DNA of 60,709 nucleotides from Candidatus Kaiserbacteria bacterium RIFCSPLOWO2_01_FULL_45_25. Its GTDB lineage: Bacteria > Patescibacteriota > Minisyncoccia > Phycocordibacterales > UBA918. The first letter of the stretch is position 1. Every line of letters starts with the position of its first letter. Both the position numbers and the translations under genes were made by a program. Shown piece after piece: positions 47,124-56,932 of the stretch. The DNA lies in the NCBI GenBank assembly GCA_001781415.1, contig MFLT01000008.1, positions 101,916-162,624 of the forward strand, written 5' to 3'. The notes below the pieces were generated by a model. The model saw nothing but the letters and a program-made list of their open reading frames with translations, had not been told where the DNA came from and did not search any database.

Positions 47124-47585
47124 TCAATCAATCGGACGACGGAACGGGAGGATGTTTTGAGAGCCCTCAAAGAGTGCCCCCGGCATTTCTCCACCGAGGA
47201 TGTCCTTCATCGGATCATCTTCGAGCCCGCGGTAGTGAGCCGGATGAAACATCATCCCGAAACCAAACACCTTGGCCTTGTGCTCTTTGAGCACTTGCTC
47301 AACAAACGCGACCCGTTCCTCGCGCTCAATCAGGTCGACCCCATCCGGCACATGCACCTGAGCGCAATACGGGTCACGCGCGAGCACGTAGTGGCTCATG
47401 AGGTCGCACGGCCGCACCTTCTTCAGGCCCGATTGTGCTCCTTGAGGGAACACGTAGCGGTACTGAATACAGTTGGTGTGCAACCACTCCCCCAGCCACA
47501 AAAGCAGCTGGAGCTTCAGAACGGTGAACCAGGTCAGTTCGCCAGCTTGGTTGACTTGGCCAGTCATGACAGTGAGAGCAATCAT
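47124..47585 (-). CDS. Hypothetical protein; SD-bearing accessory gene
   Basis: ATG at 47585 with AGGAG 7 nt upstream; own promoter and terminator; no family recognised. Confidence 0.65.
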   Translation of the reverse strand: MIALTVMTGQVNQAGELTWFTVLKLQLLLWLGEWLHTNCIQYRYVFPQGAQSGLKKVRPCDLMSHYVLARDPYCAQVHVPDGVDLIEREERVAFVEQVLKEHKAKVFGFGMMFHPAHYRGLEDDPMKDILGGEMPGALFEGSQNILPFRRPID

Positions 47586-47653
47586 CAAGAAACTCCTAAG
47601 TTGGTTGTAATTAGTCGACTTTTGAAGCCGACAGGAACAGAATCACAGTAATC

Positions 47654-47682
47654 AGTATGCCAGGATTTTACTAGGTTGTCAA
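47654..47682 (-). promoter_or_regulatory. sigma70-type promoter
   Basis: TTGACA-17 bp-CATACT on the minus strand, overlapping the murC end. Confidence 0.65.
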
Positions 47683-48969
47683 CAAAGTAGCTACTTCAGT
47701 AACATCCCCTGCCCCCATGACCAAGACCACTCCGCCTTGTGGTGTATTTTCCTTTACTGCCTCAGCGGCGCCACCATTAGTTTGGAAGACTTCAGTTGGA
47801 ATACCAGCCTCTACCAACTTCTCCGCCAACTGCTCACTGGTAATGCCGTAGGTATTCTCCTCTCGCGCGGCGTATATTGGCAGCAAGACCACCTTATCTG
47901 CCTTACTAAGGGCGGTCACAAAGTCAGCAAACAATTCATAGGTACGCGAATAGGTATGTGATTGGAAGACTAGTGTCAGATGACGGTCAGGGTACTGCTC
48001 ACGTGCCCCAGCGATAGTTGCCGCTACTTCAGTTGGATGATGACCGTAGTCATCAAAGACTGGTATGGCTCCCCCATCGTTTACAAACGTCCCTTTATAT
48101 TCAAAACGTCGCCAGGTACCAGCAAAATTCTCAAGTGCAGCTTTGGTGTCTGTATCATCAATACCAAGCGTCGCTGCTACCGCTCGTGCTGCCGCAGCAT
48201 TGAGGCGGTTATGCATCCCTGGCTGATGCAGTGACAGGGTGAGGTCAAAATACTTTCGGTAATCAATCACAGTCGCCACTACTCCTTCAAGGACTGGTTT
48301 GATGGTTGGACTGGTAGTATCAGTAATAATAAATCCACTCTCTGGTACAGACAGCGCGATTGTCCTAAAAGCGTCTTGCACATCTGCTAGGTCCTTGTAG
48401 TAATCGACGTGCTCGTGTTCGATGTTGGTTATGACCAATATCTCTGGCTTTAGGTGCAAAAAGTCTCGCTTATACTCACACGCTTCAACCACCGCGTACT
48501 TACTCTTACCAGGACGGAAGTTACTGCCAGTTTTACTACGCAGTGAGCCAATGATAGCGGTTGGATCTAGTCCACCTTCTTCTAGCACGTCAGTTAGCAT
48601 GGCAGTGGTTGTCGTCTTGCCATGGGCACCAGCGACCGCAATTAAGTAGTAGGGATTAGCGACCATTCCCAGGGCCTCGAAGTAGTTCATGGTCGGAATA
48701 CCCATGACACGTGCCTCTACTAACTCAGGGTGATCCTTAGGCATTGCTTCGGTATACACCACGAGATCAAAATCACTGAAAATATTCTCAGGTCCTTGAG
48801 TACCAAATACTTCAACCCCCTCAGCTGTGAGCGCATCGGTAATCACCGAAGGAGTGCGGTCGCTACCACTCACTAACTTCTTCTCATGCAAAAAGAACCG
48901 CGCCAGCGCAGACATACCGATACCGCCAACACCGATGAAGTGGATGCGATTAAAATTATTTAATTCCAT
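47671..48969 (-). CDS. murC: UDP-N-acetylmuramate--L-alanine ligase
   Basis: IHFIGVGGIGMSALA, GSD, AGAHGKTTTT, EACEY, DDYGHHPTE, FQSHTYSR, MGAGD; likely start ATG 48969 (alternative TTG 48990). Confidence 0.96.
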   Translation of the reverse strand: MELNNFNRIHFIGVGGIGMSALARFFLHEKKLVSGSDRTPSVITDALTAEGVEVFGTQGPENIFSDFDLVVYTEAMPKDHPELVEARVMGIPTMNYFEALGMVANPYYLIAVAGAHGKTTTTAMLTDVLEEGGLDPTAIIGSLRSKTGSNFRPGKSKYAVVEACEYKRDFLHLKPEILVITNIEHEHVDYYKDLADVQDAFRTIALSVPESGFIITDTTSPTIKPVLEGVVATVIDYRKYFDLTLSLHQPGMHNRLNAAAARAVAATLGIDDTDTKAALENFAGTWRRFEYKGTFVNDGGAIPVFDDYGHHPTEVAATIAGAREQYPDRHLTLVFQSHTYSRTYELFADFVTALSKADKVVLLPIYAAREENTYGITSEQLAEKLVEAGIPTEVFQTNGGAAEAVKENTPQGGVVLVMGAGDVTEVATLLTT

Positions 48970-49471
48970 AAGCGTTTTTAAATCTTTCAATGATTACCCT
49001 CTCATCTAACTCCGGTCGACCTGTCTTTTTGCACTGTTCAGAAAATATCTTCAATAATTCATTCGGAGAATGCCACTCCATCATCGATTTACTTTCAATA
49101 TCAAAATTTAAACGATCACCCTGCGAGACTAGTTTGGCTGAATGATAAATAGTTAGTTTTTCAAACGAATCTTGGTCTGGTCCAGTAATAGTGTCAATTT
49201 TTGCTCCCAGATATTTATCAACCATCACCTCAATACCAAACTCTTCTTTCATGCCGCGCACCACAGCATCTTGTAGGGGTTCATTACCCTCTAATGATTC
49301 ACGCATCAAATGATAAATATCATCCTGAAAATCCATCAAAAAGTGGACTGCTTCAGGAATATCTTTTTTGAAGAAATGGTGAACACAAATTTCGTGATTA
49401 TCGTTAAAAAGTACTCCACCAACCGAAATATGGTATGGCTGCGGCAAGCTGTGTTGGTAAAAATTATTCAT
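48956..49471 (-). CDS. NUDIX-fold hydrolase between murD and murC
   Basis: SVGGVLFN, ESLEGNEPLQDAVVRGMKEEFG (Nudix-box-like); overlaps both neighbours. Confidence 0.7.
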   Translation of the reverse strand: MNNFYQHSLPQPYHISVGGVLFNDNHEICVHHFFKKDIPEAVHFLMDFQDDIYHLMRESLEGNEPLQDAVVRGMKEEFGIEVMVDKYLGAKIDTITGPDQDSFEKLTIYHSAKLVSQGDRLNFDIESKSMMEWHSPNELLKIFSEQCKKTGRPELDERVIIERFKNAYGIK

Positions 49472-50831
49472 ACTTTTTAATTAACGCCATAAACTCATCA
49501 TTACGTTCGTATTCATTCTTATATTGTGAAAAGGAGGCGAAGCCAGGAGAGAACAAAATTATCTCCGGTACGGCAGCGACGAGTCTAGCCTCTTCAACGG
49601 CTGCGGTGAGATTTTCCACCACTACATAATTAGCATACCCCGCTGCCTCAAGCGCAGCTATGAGCGCGTCTGTCCCAGTACCCGGAATAAGCACCAGCTG
49701 CTTCACGTGAGCCACGATACCAAGCACTAGTGCACTAGTATCAATTCCCTTGTCTGCCCCACCAGCAATCAGGACGATGTTCTTATCATCGCCAGCCAAC
49801 GCCTTGATAGCGACAGTAGTCGCTTGAGGTGTAGTGGCATTGTTGTCGTTATAGACACGTACGCCGTCGAGTGTAGCAATGAGCTGTAGTCGGCCTTCGA
49901 CTCCAGGGAATGAAGCTAAGCCAGCAAAGATTTCGTCTTCAGTTAGTCCCACGGCCTTGAGTGCTTCATACGCGAGAGCAGCATTGAGGCGGTTGTGTTC
50001 GCCTGGCATAGATAGCAGCATGTCTTCAGGCAGCACAGAAGCATCAGCCAAGATTACTTCTTGTCCGATACTACCAGGCAGCTTCTGCGCCCGGGTAAAT
50101 ACCTCAGGCGTGGTCACCAGCACACCGCTCTCTTCCTGATGCAAAAATATCTGTGCCTTATCTAGGAAATATAAATCCATCGCCTCGGCTTTAGACTTCC
50201 CTCCCCGCTCGTAGTAGTTAAGGTGATCTTCCATGAAGTTAGTAAAGACCGCAACTGCCGGACTGATGCCTGCCCAACCAAAGCCTTGTAGCTGCCACGA
50301 GTCGAGCTCCATCACACATAGTGAATCTTCTTTTACTTGCTTGAGGAGTTGTAGGTTTGAGACACCGCGAACATTACCTCCAAGAAGCACTTCTTCGCCA
50401 GTAGTTACTGAAAGCACATGATGAATCATGTGTGTCACGGTACTCTTGCCGCGAGTACCGGTGACGCCAATGATTGGTACATGGGACAGTTCTGCAAATA
50501 AAGCCGCGCTTTGAACTAGACGCACACCCGCTTTTTTACACTCAAGTAGTACAGGCTCTTCAAGTGGAGCCCCGGCTCCGACCAAGACCAAATCAGCGTC
50601 TTTAAAATCAGCAAAGTCGTATGGTCCAAATTTAAACGAAATGTTTGGGTACTTAGTAAGCGCATCAACTGCAGGTTGCATGACACTTTGGGGAGCGTCG
50701 TCTACAACCAGAACTGTACCCCCCATTTCAGCAATATAGGCCGCGTCACCAATACCGCGCCCGATTAAGCCAACACGCATGACGGTTACATGTTTATCTT
50801 TAAAGTAGTTTGCAGCGCTTGAAGTTTCCAT
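49464..50831 (-). CDS. murD: UDP-N-acetylmuramoyl-L-alanine--D-glutamate ligase
   Basis: GVTGTRGKSTVT, GGN, ELDSWQL, DHLNYY, GEHNRLN, YNDNNAT, IAGGADKG, LFSPGFASFSQYKNEYER. Confidence 0.95.
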   Translation of the reverse strand: METSSAANYFKDKHVTVMRVGLIGRGIGDAAYIAEMGGTVLVVDDAPQSVMQPAVDALTKYPNISFKFGPYDFADFKDADLVLVGAGAPLEEPVLLECKKAGVRLVQSAALFAELSHVPIIGVTGTRGKSTVTHMIHHVLSVTTGEEVLLGGNVRGVSNLQLLKQVKEDSLCVMELDSWQLQGFGWAGISPAVAVFTNFMEDHLNYYERGGKSKAEAMDLYFLDKAQIFLHQEESGVLVTTPEVFTRAQKLPGSIGQEVILADASVLPEDMLLSMPGEHNRLNAALAYEALKAVGLTEDEIFAGLASFPGVEGRLQLIATLDGVRVYNDNNATTPQATTVAIKALAGDDKNIVLIAGGADKGIDTSALVLGIVAHVKQLVLIPGTGTDALIAALEAAGYANYVVVENLTAAVEEARLVAAVPEIILFSPGFASFSQYKNEYERNDEFMALIKKYE

Positions 50832-50918
50832 ACGATAAATTGAATATATTGGATATTACCACGATAAATCAAAGACTTCTAACCAGGCAGGTAAATCTCG
50901 TGATACACTACAAATAGT

Positions 50919-51491
50919 ATGACTCGTCGCAAAAAAGTCTTTAATATTATTCTTTTCCTAGGCCTAATATCGGCAGCGCTTTTTGCCTCGTTTATCTTGG
51001 CGGACTACATCGCCAACAACCACTCCTCTCGGGAACTAATCCAGGATTACGGATACTTTGGTATCTTGCTAGTAAGCTTTGTGGCTGGGCTAAATATGTT
51101 TGTGCCAATTCCAGCCGCCACCTTTGTACCGGTTTTTACCGCTGGTGGTATTTCTCTTCCAGAAATAATTTTCTTTTTGATAATCGGCACCATGGCAGCC
51201 AATCTACTGTCTTATTATCTTGGACAGTTTGGTGGCAAAATTACCAAATCACACTACCCAAATCTCCAGAAGAAACTAGTCACCTTATATAGCAGTAAAC
51301 GAAAATGGCTGCCTTACTTTGTGTTTGGCTTTGCTGCTTTTATCCCCCTCCCTGATGAAGTGTATTTGATTCCACTCGGAATCATTGGAGTTCGTTTAAC
51401 ACAATTTATTATCCCGCTTATTATTGGCACCACTGTCTATCAAGGCTTGGCGGCATTTGGAGTCGACAATCTCTTCCGTTTCTTTTTTTAA
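50919..51491 (+). CDS. DedA/VTT (YqaA-like) membrane protein
   Basis: Polytopic; AANLLSYYLG, FIPLPDE, IIPLIIG re-entrant helix pattern. Confidence 0.75.
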   Translation: MTRRKKVFNIILFLGLISAALFASFILADYIANNHSSRELIQDYGYFGILLVSFVAGLNMFVPIPAATFVPVFTAGGISLPEIIFFLIIGTMAANLLSYYLGQFGGKITKSHYPNLQKKLVTLYSSKRKWLPYFVFGFAAFIPLPDEVYLIPLGIIGVRLTQFIIPLIIGTTVYQGLAAFGVDNLFRFFF

Positions 51492-51545
51492 ATCAACTAG
51501 GTGGAAAAGCAATTGGTTCTCAAAGGGATTTGCTATACTTCATAT

Positions 51546-51743
51546 ATGCAACCAAAAAAACTAGAGCACTATAAATACTTCCAACCAATTGCCTGGGCCG
51601 TCTGTATTGGTTTTGCATTGTTTGTAGGGATGTTAGCCCTTAATATAAATGACGAGATTCAACGTTTAGGTAATTCTTCAATTGGCTTTGAACAAAGGCT
51701 TCAAAATCTTGAGGAAGCAGTTGGAGTAACTGAGGCAGAATAG
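51546..51743 (+). CDS. Small single-TM protein with a coiled-coil tail
   Basis: ATG 51546 (alternative GTG 51501), one TM helix, EQRLQNLEE heptad. Confidence 0.6.
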   Translation: MQPKKLEHYKYFQPIAWAVCIGFALFVGMLALNINDEIQRLGNSSIGFEQRLQNLEEAVGVTEAE

Positions 51744-51745
51744 TA

Positions 51746-51774
51746 AAAACCCCGAGCCTACGGCTCGGGGTTTT
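51746..51774. terminator. Intrinsic terminator
   Basis: AAAACCCCGAGCC-TAC-GGCTCGGGGTTTT. Confidence 0.85.
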
Positions 51775-51811
51775 GATTTCTAGTACAGGGGTTACATTTT
51801 TTGAATATTTC

Positions 51812-51820
51812 TGCTATAGT
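51812..51820 (+). promoter_or_regulatory. Extended -10 promoter for the tRNA-Ile transcript
   Basis: TG-C-TATAGT just before a structured GC-rich leader. Confidence 0.5.
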
Positions 51821-51823
51821 AGC

Positions 51824-51950
51824 GGGCACTTGAATAGATGTAGATGCCTGAGTGCCGCGCGAGCTGAAAATTCCGACTAGGAATTTTCCCGGTCGCAAAG
51901 CGAATTGCCGATGTTTACGAGGCAATAGGGATGGCTAATCAAGTAGAAAT
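51824..51950 (+). ncRNA. Candidate structured RNA or tRNA leader, family not recognised
   Basis: Four stems visible: 51825-30/51851-56, 51866-74/51880-88, 51893-96/51900-03, 51904-09/51921-26; no ORF. Confidence 0.4.
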
Positions 51951-51969
51951 AAGCTTTTGTTTCTTTTGT

Positions 51970-52043
51970 GCGCGCTTAGCTCAGATGGCTAGAGCATTCG
52001 ACTGATACTCGAAAGGTCCTAGGTTCGACCCCTAGAGCGCGCA
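51970..52043 (+). tRNA. tRNA-Ile(GAT), CCA not encoded
   Basis: Acceptor GCGCGCT/AGCGCGC, D-arm GCTC/GAGC, anticodon arm TTCGA-CTGATAC-TCGAA, T-arm CTAGG-TTCGACC-CCTAG. Confidence 0.96.
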
Positions 52044-52148
52044 CAAAATACGCAAAAGCTTTTTCTATTGGAGCATTCAATAAAAGGTGCTAGGTCTTTC
52101 ACCTATCCGCTATCACACGGGCTTTTACTATATCTGCAGGATAAAAGA

Positions 52149-52178
52149 AAAAGCCCGTGGTGAAAACCAGGGGCTTTT
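52149..52178. terminator. Bidirectional terminator-like hairpin
   Basis: AAAAGCCC..TGGT-GAAA-ACCA..GGGCTTTT. Confidence 0.65.
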
Positions 52179-52202
52179 GCGGGTGGATCGGGACAAAAGT
52201 GC

Positions 52203-52433
52203 TTAACACTTGCCCCAGAGGCCGCGGAAGATACGCCGCGGACCGCTGTCGTTCGGCAGGGCCTTGGCCACCAGGAAGGTGGCGATAGCCCAAAAGATCA
52301 GTGAGCCCCATCCTTGTCCGGTAACGGACAGGAAGGCGTAGGTGGTGATGAGTTGCCAGAGGCAAATCATCAACAGGATGATGGTTGCGAGAACCAGGAC
52401 GAGCCTGATTGTCTTACAAAAGTGCACGTTCAT
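52203..52433 (-). CDS. Small two-TM hypothetical protein; SD-bearing accessory gene
   Basis: Two hydrophobic helices; AGGAG 6 nt before ATG. Confidence 0.7.
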   Translation of the reverse strand: MNVHFCKTIRLVLVLATIILLMICLWQLITTYAFLSVTGQGWGSLIFWAIATFLVAKALPNDSGPRRIFRGLWGKC

Positions 52434-52475
52434 GTCTGTCTCCTACCCAGAAACGCTCTGGGCTTGCTACCTAAT

Positions 52476-52504
52476 ACAGTAGCACATTTTATGCTAAAAG
52501 TCAA
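52476..52504 (-). promoter_or_regulatory. sigma70-type promoter
   Basis: TTGACT-17 bp-TACTGT on the minus strand. Confidence 0.6.
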
Positions 52505-52539
52505 TAAATAGCGTGCATTGGGCTTGTTTTAATACATAA

Positions 52540-52575
52540 AAATAGGCCAGGAACGCAAGCGTTCCTGGCCTATTT
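52540..52575. terminator. 17-bp-stem terminator hairpin
   Basis: AAATAGGCCAGGAACGC-AA-GCGTTCCTGGCCTATTT. Confidence 0.85.
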
Positions 52576-52597
52576 GATCGTTGCTCTAGCGTTACCG

Positions 52598-52843
52598 CTA
52601 GCGCTGTTTGCGGCTGTCTAGGCGCTGCCAGACTCGCTCGTTGAGCTTCATGAGCCAGAAATTGATTCGATTAAGAACCCGTCTCCAGTTGAACTTCAGG
52701 TTGATGCACATCAATCCGACCAAGAACATGATGCCAAACAAGGAGAGGACAAACGCGCCGGAGTGTTTGTCCGGTTGCGGTCCAGCATAGATGCAAGCAT
52801 ATATGCCAAATGCGCAAACGGCCAGTAGGATACTTCGATACAT
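52598..52843 (-). CDS. Small two-TM hypothetical protein with a basic tail; SD-bearing accessory gene
   Basis: Two hydrophobic helices; GGAG 8 nt before ATG; TTGACA at 52901-52906. Confidence 0.7.
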   Translation of the reverse strand: MYRSILLAVCAFGIYACIYAGPQPDKHSGAFVLSLFGIMFLVGLMCINLKFNWRRVLNRINFWLMKLNERVWQRLDSRKQR

Positions 52844-52981
52844 GGGGATGTCTCCGTTGTTGATTAATCTGGGTACGATTTAACTGTACTTTGAGGTAAC
52901 TGTCAATCATTTTTGAAACAACCTGGCCTGGGTAGTACTCACCCTTCCTACCCATAGTCCATAGGCTATACTTATACGTAT

Positions 52982-53383
52982 ATGAAAAAAATCATAGCAC
53001 CAACAATTATTCTAGCCGCTTTCCCATTCATCTCTCATGCTCAGTCCTTCCAGGGTATGTTTAGTAACATCGTACGTTTTATTGATAGTACTCTCATTCC
53101 CTTCTTGTTTGGAATTGCCTTTCTGTTTTTTGTGGTTAATGTCTTTCGCTACTTCATTTTGGGTGGTGGTAACCCAGACGCACAAGAGTCTGCTAAATCT
53201 TTGGCTACATACGGTGTAGCAGCGTTTGTGTTTTTGATTATCTTCTGGGGCATTGTGAACATGCTCATTGGTTCACTTGGTATTAACTCAGAGCCAATCC
53301 GGTCAGACTATGTAAACAGTAATCGATCAGATGCTCCAAACAGTGGAAACGACGGTGGACTGCCTTTTAACGCCCTTCCGTAA
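52982..53383 (+). CDS. CPR-type TrbC/VirB2-like pilin
   Basis: Signal peptide, then LIPFLFGIAFLFFVVNVFRYF..GG..AKSLATYGVAAFVFLIIFWGIVN two-helix pattern. Confidence 0.75.
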   Translation: MKKIIAPTIILAAFPFISHAQSFQGMFSNIVRFIDSTLIPFLFGIAFLFFVVNVFRYFILGGGNPDAQESAKSLATYGVAAFVFLIIFWGIVNMLIGSLGINSEPIRSDYVNSNRSDAPNSGNDGGLPFNALP

Positions 53384-53390
53384 TCTTCAA

Positions 53391-53429
53391 ACAAAAAGAA
53401 CGGCGAGCTTGGCTCGCCGTTCTTTTTGT
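53391..53429. terminator. Bidirectional terminator between convergent genes
   Basis: ACAAAAAGAACGGCGAGC-TTG-GCTCGCCGTTCTTTTTGT. Confidence 0.85.
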
Positions 53430-53459
53430 TTATCACCTAGAGACCATCCAAAAAACCTC

Positions 53460-54380
53460 TTAAACAGTAGCTTCAGTTTCCATCAATCCTGGTCCTTCCT
53501 GGGCCGGATCAACAAAATCAAATTCATTCATGAATCCAAGTAGCTCCAGAGCTAGCACAGCCACCATCAAAAGTGGGGTCAGTATGGCTAGGCCAATGTA
53601 CCAGCCCCGCACAGCGTTTGGTTCAGCAACCACCCCGGCCTTCATGGCTACCAACGCCTTGTACATGACCGTAATCGCATAGAGGCAGATAATCGAGCCT
53701 AAAGCACTAAAGATAGGCTCTACCGCCAAGAGAGAGATTAAGTCAGCCGTGTCTTGCGTCAGACCAACGATACTAGCCAAGATTCCGAGCGCAAACCCAA
53801 CTGAGAAAAATATCACCACCATGGCTAAGGTTAGAAATATCAACCGGGCGGTTACTGCCCACCAATACCCTCGCACCAATTCAGTTGAACGCACTAGAGA
53901 ATCCATACCAGTAGCAGACTCTGCCGCCCGCGTATGCAGGGCAAACATGAGATACGTAGAGAGAATAATTCCGGGAATAATAAACATAATAAACCCAGAG
54001 AATAAAACGAGAGTACTTAAAGACAACACCCACAAATATGACCAAGCACTGCTAGATACTTCGCTGAAGTAAGTGCTGATTTTTTCCGTCCCGTCATTCA
54101 AGAAATACTTAACAGCGACAACTGTTCCTAGTACATTGATATAAAGAGCGATGAACATTACAACGGTCAAGGCTAGCACTTGCCATACACCAAGAGTGGT
54201 TCCAAATTCTATTAGGTACGCTGTCACTGACAGCACAATGCCGCTACCAGCCAGCAAAATAAATAAGGGCCAAGAGGTAAGACTCTTAGTGAATGATAAT
54301 GAGACTAGGTCACGATACTCTGGCAAAGCCGGACTGGCCACTTCCGCCACGCCATCAGTTGCTTGTATTTGATTATCCAT
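53460..54380 (-). CDS. Polytopic membrane protein (glycerophosphoryl diester phosphodiesterase membrane-domain-like)
   Basis: About 7 TM; FIIPGII..Y.F......E..GMDSLVRSTELVRGYWW.V..R pattern. Confidence 0.75.
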   Translation of the reverse strand: MDNQIQATDGVAEVASPALPEYRDLVSLSFTKSLTSWPLFILLAGSGIVLSVTAYLIEFGTTLGVWQVLALTVVMFIALYINVLGTVVAVKYFLNDGTEKISTYFSEVSSSAWSYLWVLSLSTLVLFSGFIMFIIPGIILSTYLMFALHTRAAESATGMDSLVRSTELVRGYWWAVTARLIFLTLAMVVIFFSVGFALGILASIVGLTQDTADLISLLAVEPIFSALGSIICLYAITVMYKALVAMKAGVVAEPNAVRGWYIGLAILTPLLMVAVLALELLGFMNEFDFVDPAQEGPGLMETEATV

Positions 54381-54417
54381 ATACTTATAAGCATAACATT
54401 GATAATCTCCAAAACAA

Positions 54418-54446
54418 CAAAACCCGCCTTATAAAGGCGGGTTTTG
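54418..54446 (-). terminator. Terminator of the 16S rRNA transcript
   Basis: CAAAACCCGCCTT-ATA-AAGGCGGGTTTTG, about 230 nt past the 16S 3' end. Confidence 0.8.
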
Positions 54447-54520
54447 TACAACATCGTTATGCAAAAATTTGCAAAGGAGAAGCTTCATTTAGTAGCGAGC
54501 TACCAAATTCACTTGAATTC

Positions 54521-54536
54521 TCTTTTGTCTTATCCT
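54521..54536 (-). other. 3' strand of the 16S processing stalk
   Basis: TCTTTTGTCTTATCCT on + is the exact reverse complement of 56233-56248. Confidence 0.8.
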
Positions 54537-54676
54537 AAAAGTCCGGTCTTTCCCTGGGGTCTGATACCATTTCAGAGAATTGAGTATCATCTCTCGTTAT
54601 ATGCTCAATTGAGGCATATAACATCGACCAATTAGCCGTGAGTTAAAGGGTCACCCCAATAATCCGACGTGTCCAA

Positions 54677-56136
<1,460 letters not shown>

Positions 56137-56232
56137 GACAGGGCACTAAGAGATAACTCTCTAGTGCATCTGCGTCAGTGAGACTATGCGGTACTGTACT
56201 ACTTCCCGCGCTCAACTGACTATTTTACCTAA

Positions 56233-56248
56233 AGGATAAGACAAAAGA
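56233..56248 (-). other. 5' strand of the 16S processing stalk
   Basis: AGGATAAGACAAAAGA on +, 16-bp perfect complement of 54521-54536. Confidence 0.8.
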
Positions 56249-56641
56249 AAATACAAATTAAATCTGTAAGACTTTTGTCTTTAATTATTTTTTTGCTAGC
56301 CCCGTTATAACGATGAAAGTTTCTGCCAGAAGCAGAATCGTTCGGATGTACTCGCGGTACACCTAGTAGCGTCACAACGGGGATTAGTGCATGTAGTTAA
56401 CTTCTTGCTTTAACAGCAAAAAGATAAACATGTACGTTCATATACATTGCTGTTGCAACAATATATATGTCTATTCAATTGTATGATTTTCATCCATACA
56501 ATCCTCATTAGCAACGACTATCAAAATAAATTTTGAAGGTCTTCACTCATGAGCTTTGTCAATGTTTCCAGTGTCCCCTTCAGAGTATAGTGTAGGCGCA
56601 TAAAAACGCCGCTACGTAACCTCCGATGAACAGTGCTGAGC

Positions 56642-56669
56642 ATTATACAGATACTTAAAAAGATTGCAA
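56642..56669 (-). promoter_or_regulatory. rRNA promoter (P1); a second -10 TATACT lies at 56584-56589
   Basis: TTGCAA-16 bp-TATAAT on the minus strand. Confidence 0.7.
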
Positions 56670-56728
56670 GTCTTTTGCCTTGATAAAGGGTTTCTCACCC
56701 CTTTAGACAGTTTCTTAAGCAAAGAAAA

Positions 56729-56772
56729 GACCGGCAGTTGTTTTCCCTTTGAGAGGAAAACAACTGCCGGTC
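56729..56772. terminator. 18-bp-stem hairpin insulating the rRNA promoter
   Basis: GACCGGCAGTTGTTTTCC-8 nt-GGAAAACAACTGCCGGTC. Confidence 0.8.
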
Positions 56773-56795
56773 CGGTCGATTTAGGGTTCAAAACC

Positions 56796-56909
56796 CTACA
56801 GCAATCCAGCGGCCAGGAGCGCCATGCTGAGAACGGCGCAAATCAGTACCAGCTTGAGCCCACCCTTCCAGCTGAACCACTCTTCGTAGTCATCTTTGTC
56901 TGTCTCCAT
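56796..56909 (-). CDS. 37-aa single-TM small protein, not in the ORF track; SD-bearing
   Basis: METDKDDYEEWFSWKGGLKLVLICAVLSMALLAAGLL*; AAGGAG 6 nt before ATG. Confidence 0.6.
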   Translation of the reverse strand: METDKDDYEEWFSWKGGLKLVLICAVLSMALLAAGLL

Positions 56910-56932
56910 GATGCACTCCTTGAAAAAGAAGA

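Noticed and set aside
56512-56592. Group I intron-like R/S motifs (CAACGACTA ... TATAGTG) upstream of 16S
   Set aside because: They lie on the strand opposite the rRNA, the P7 partner is TAGTG rather than TAGTC (G-binding pair broken), and the TATAGT overlaps a minus-strand -10 box.
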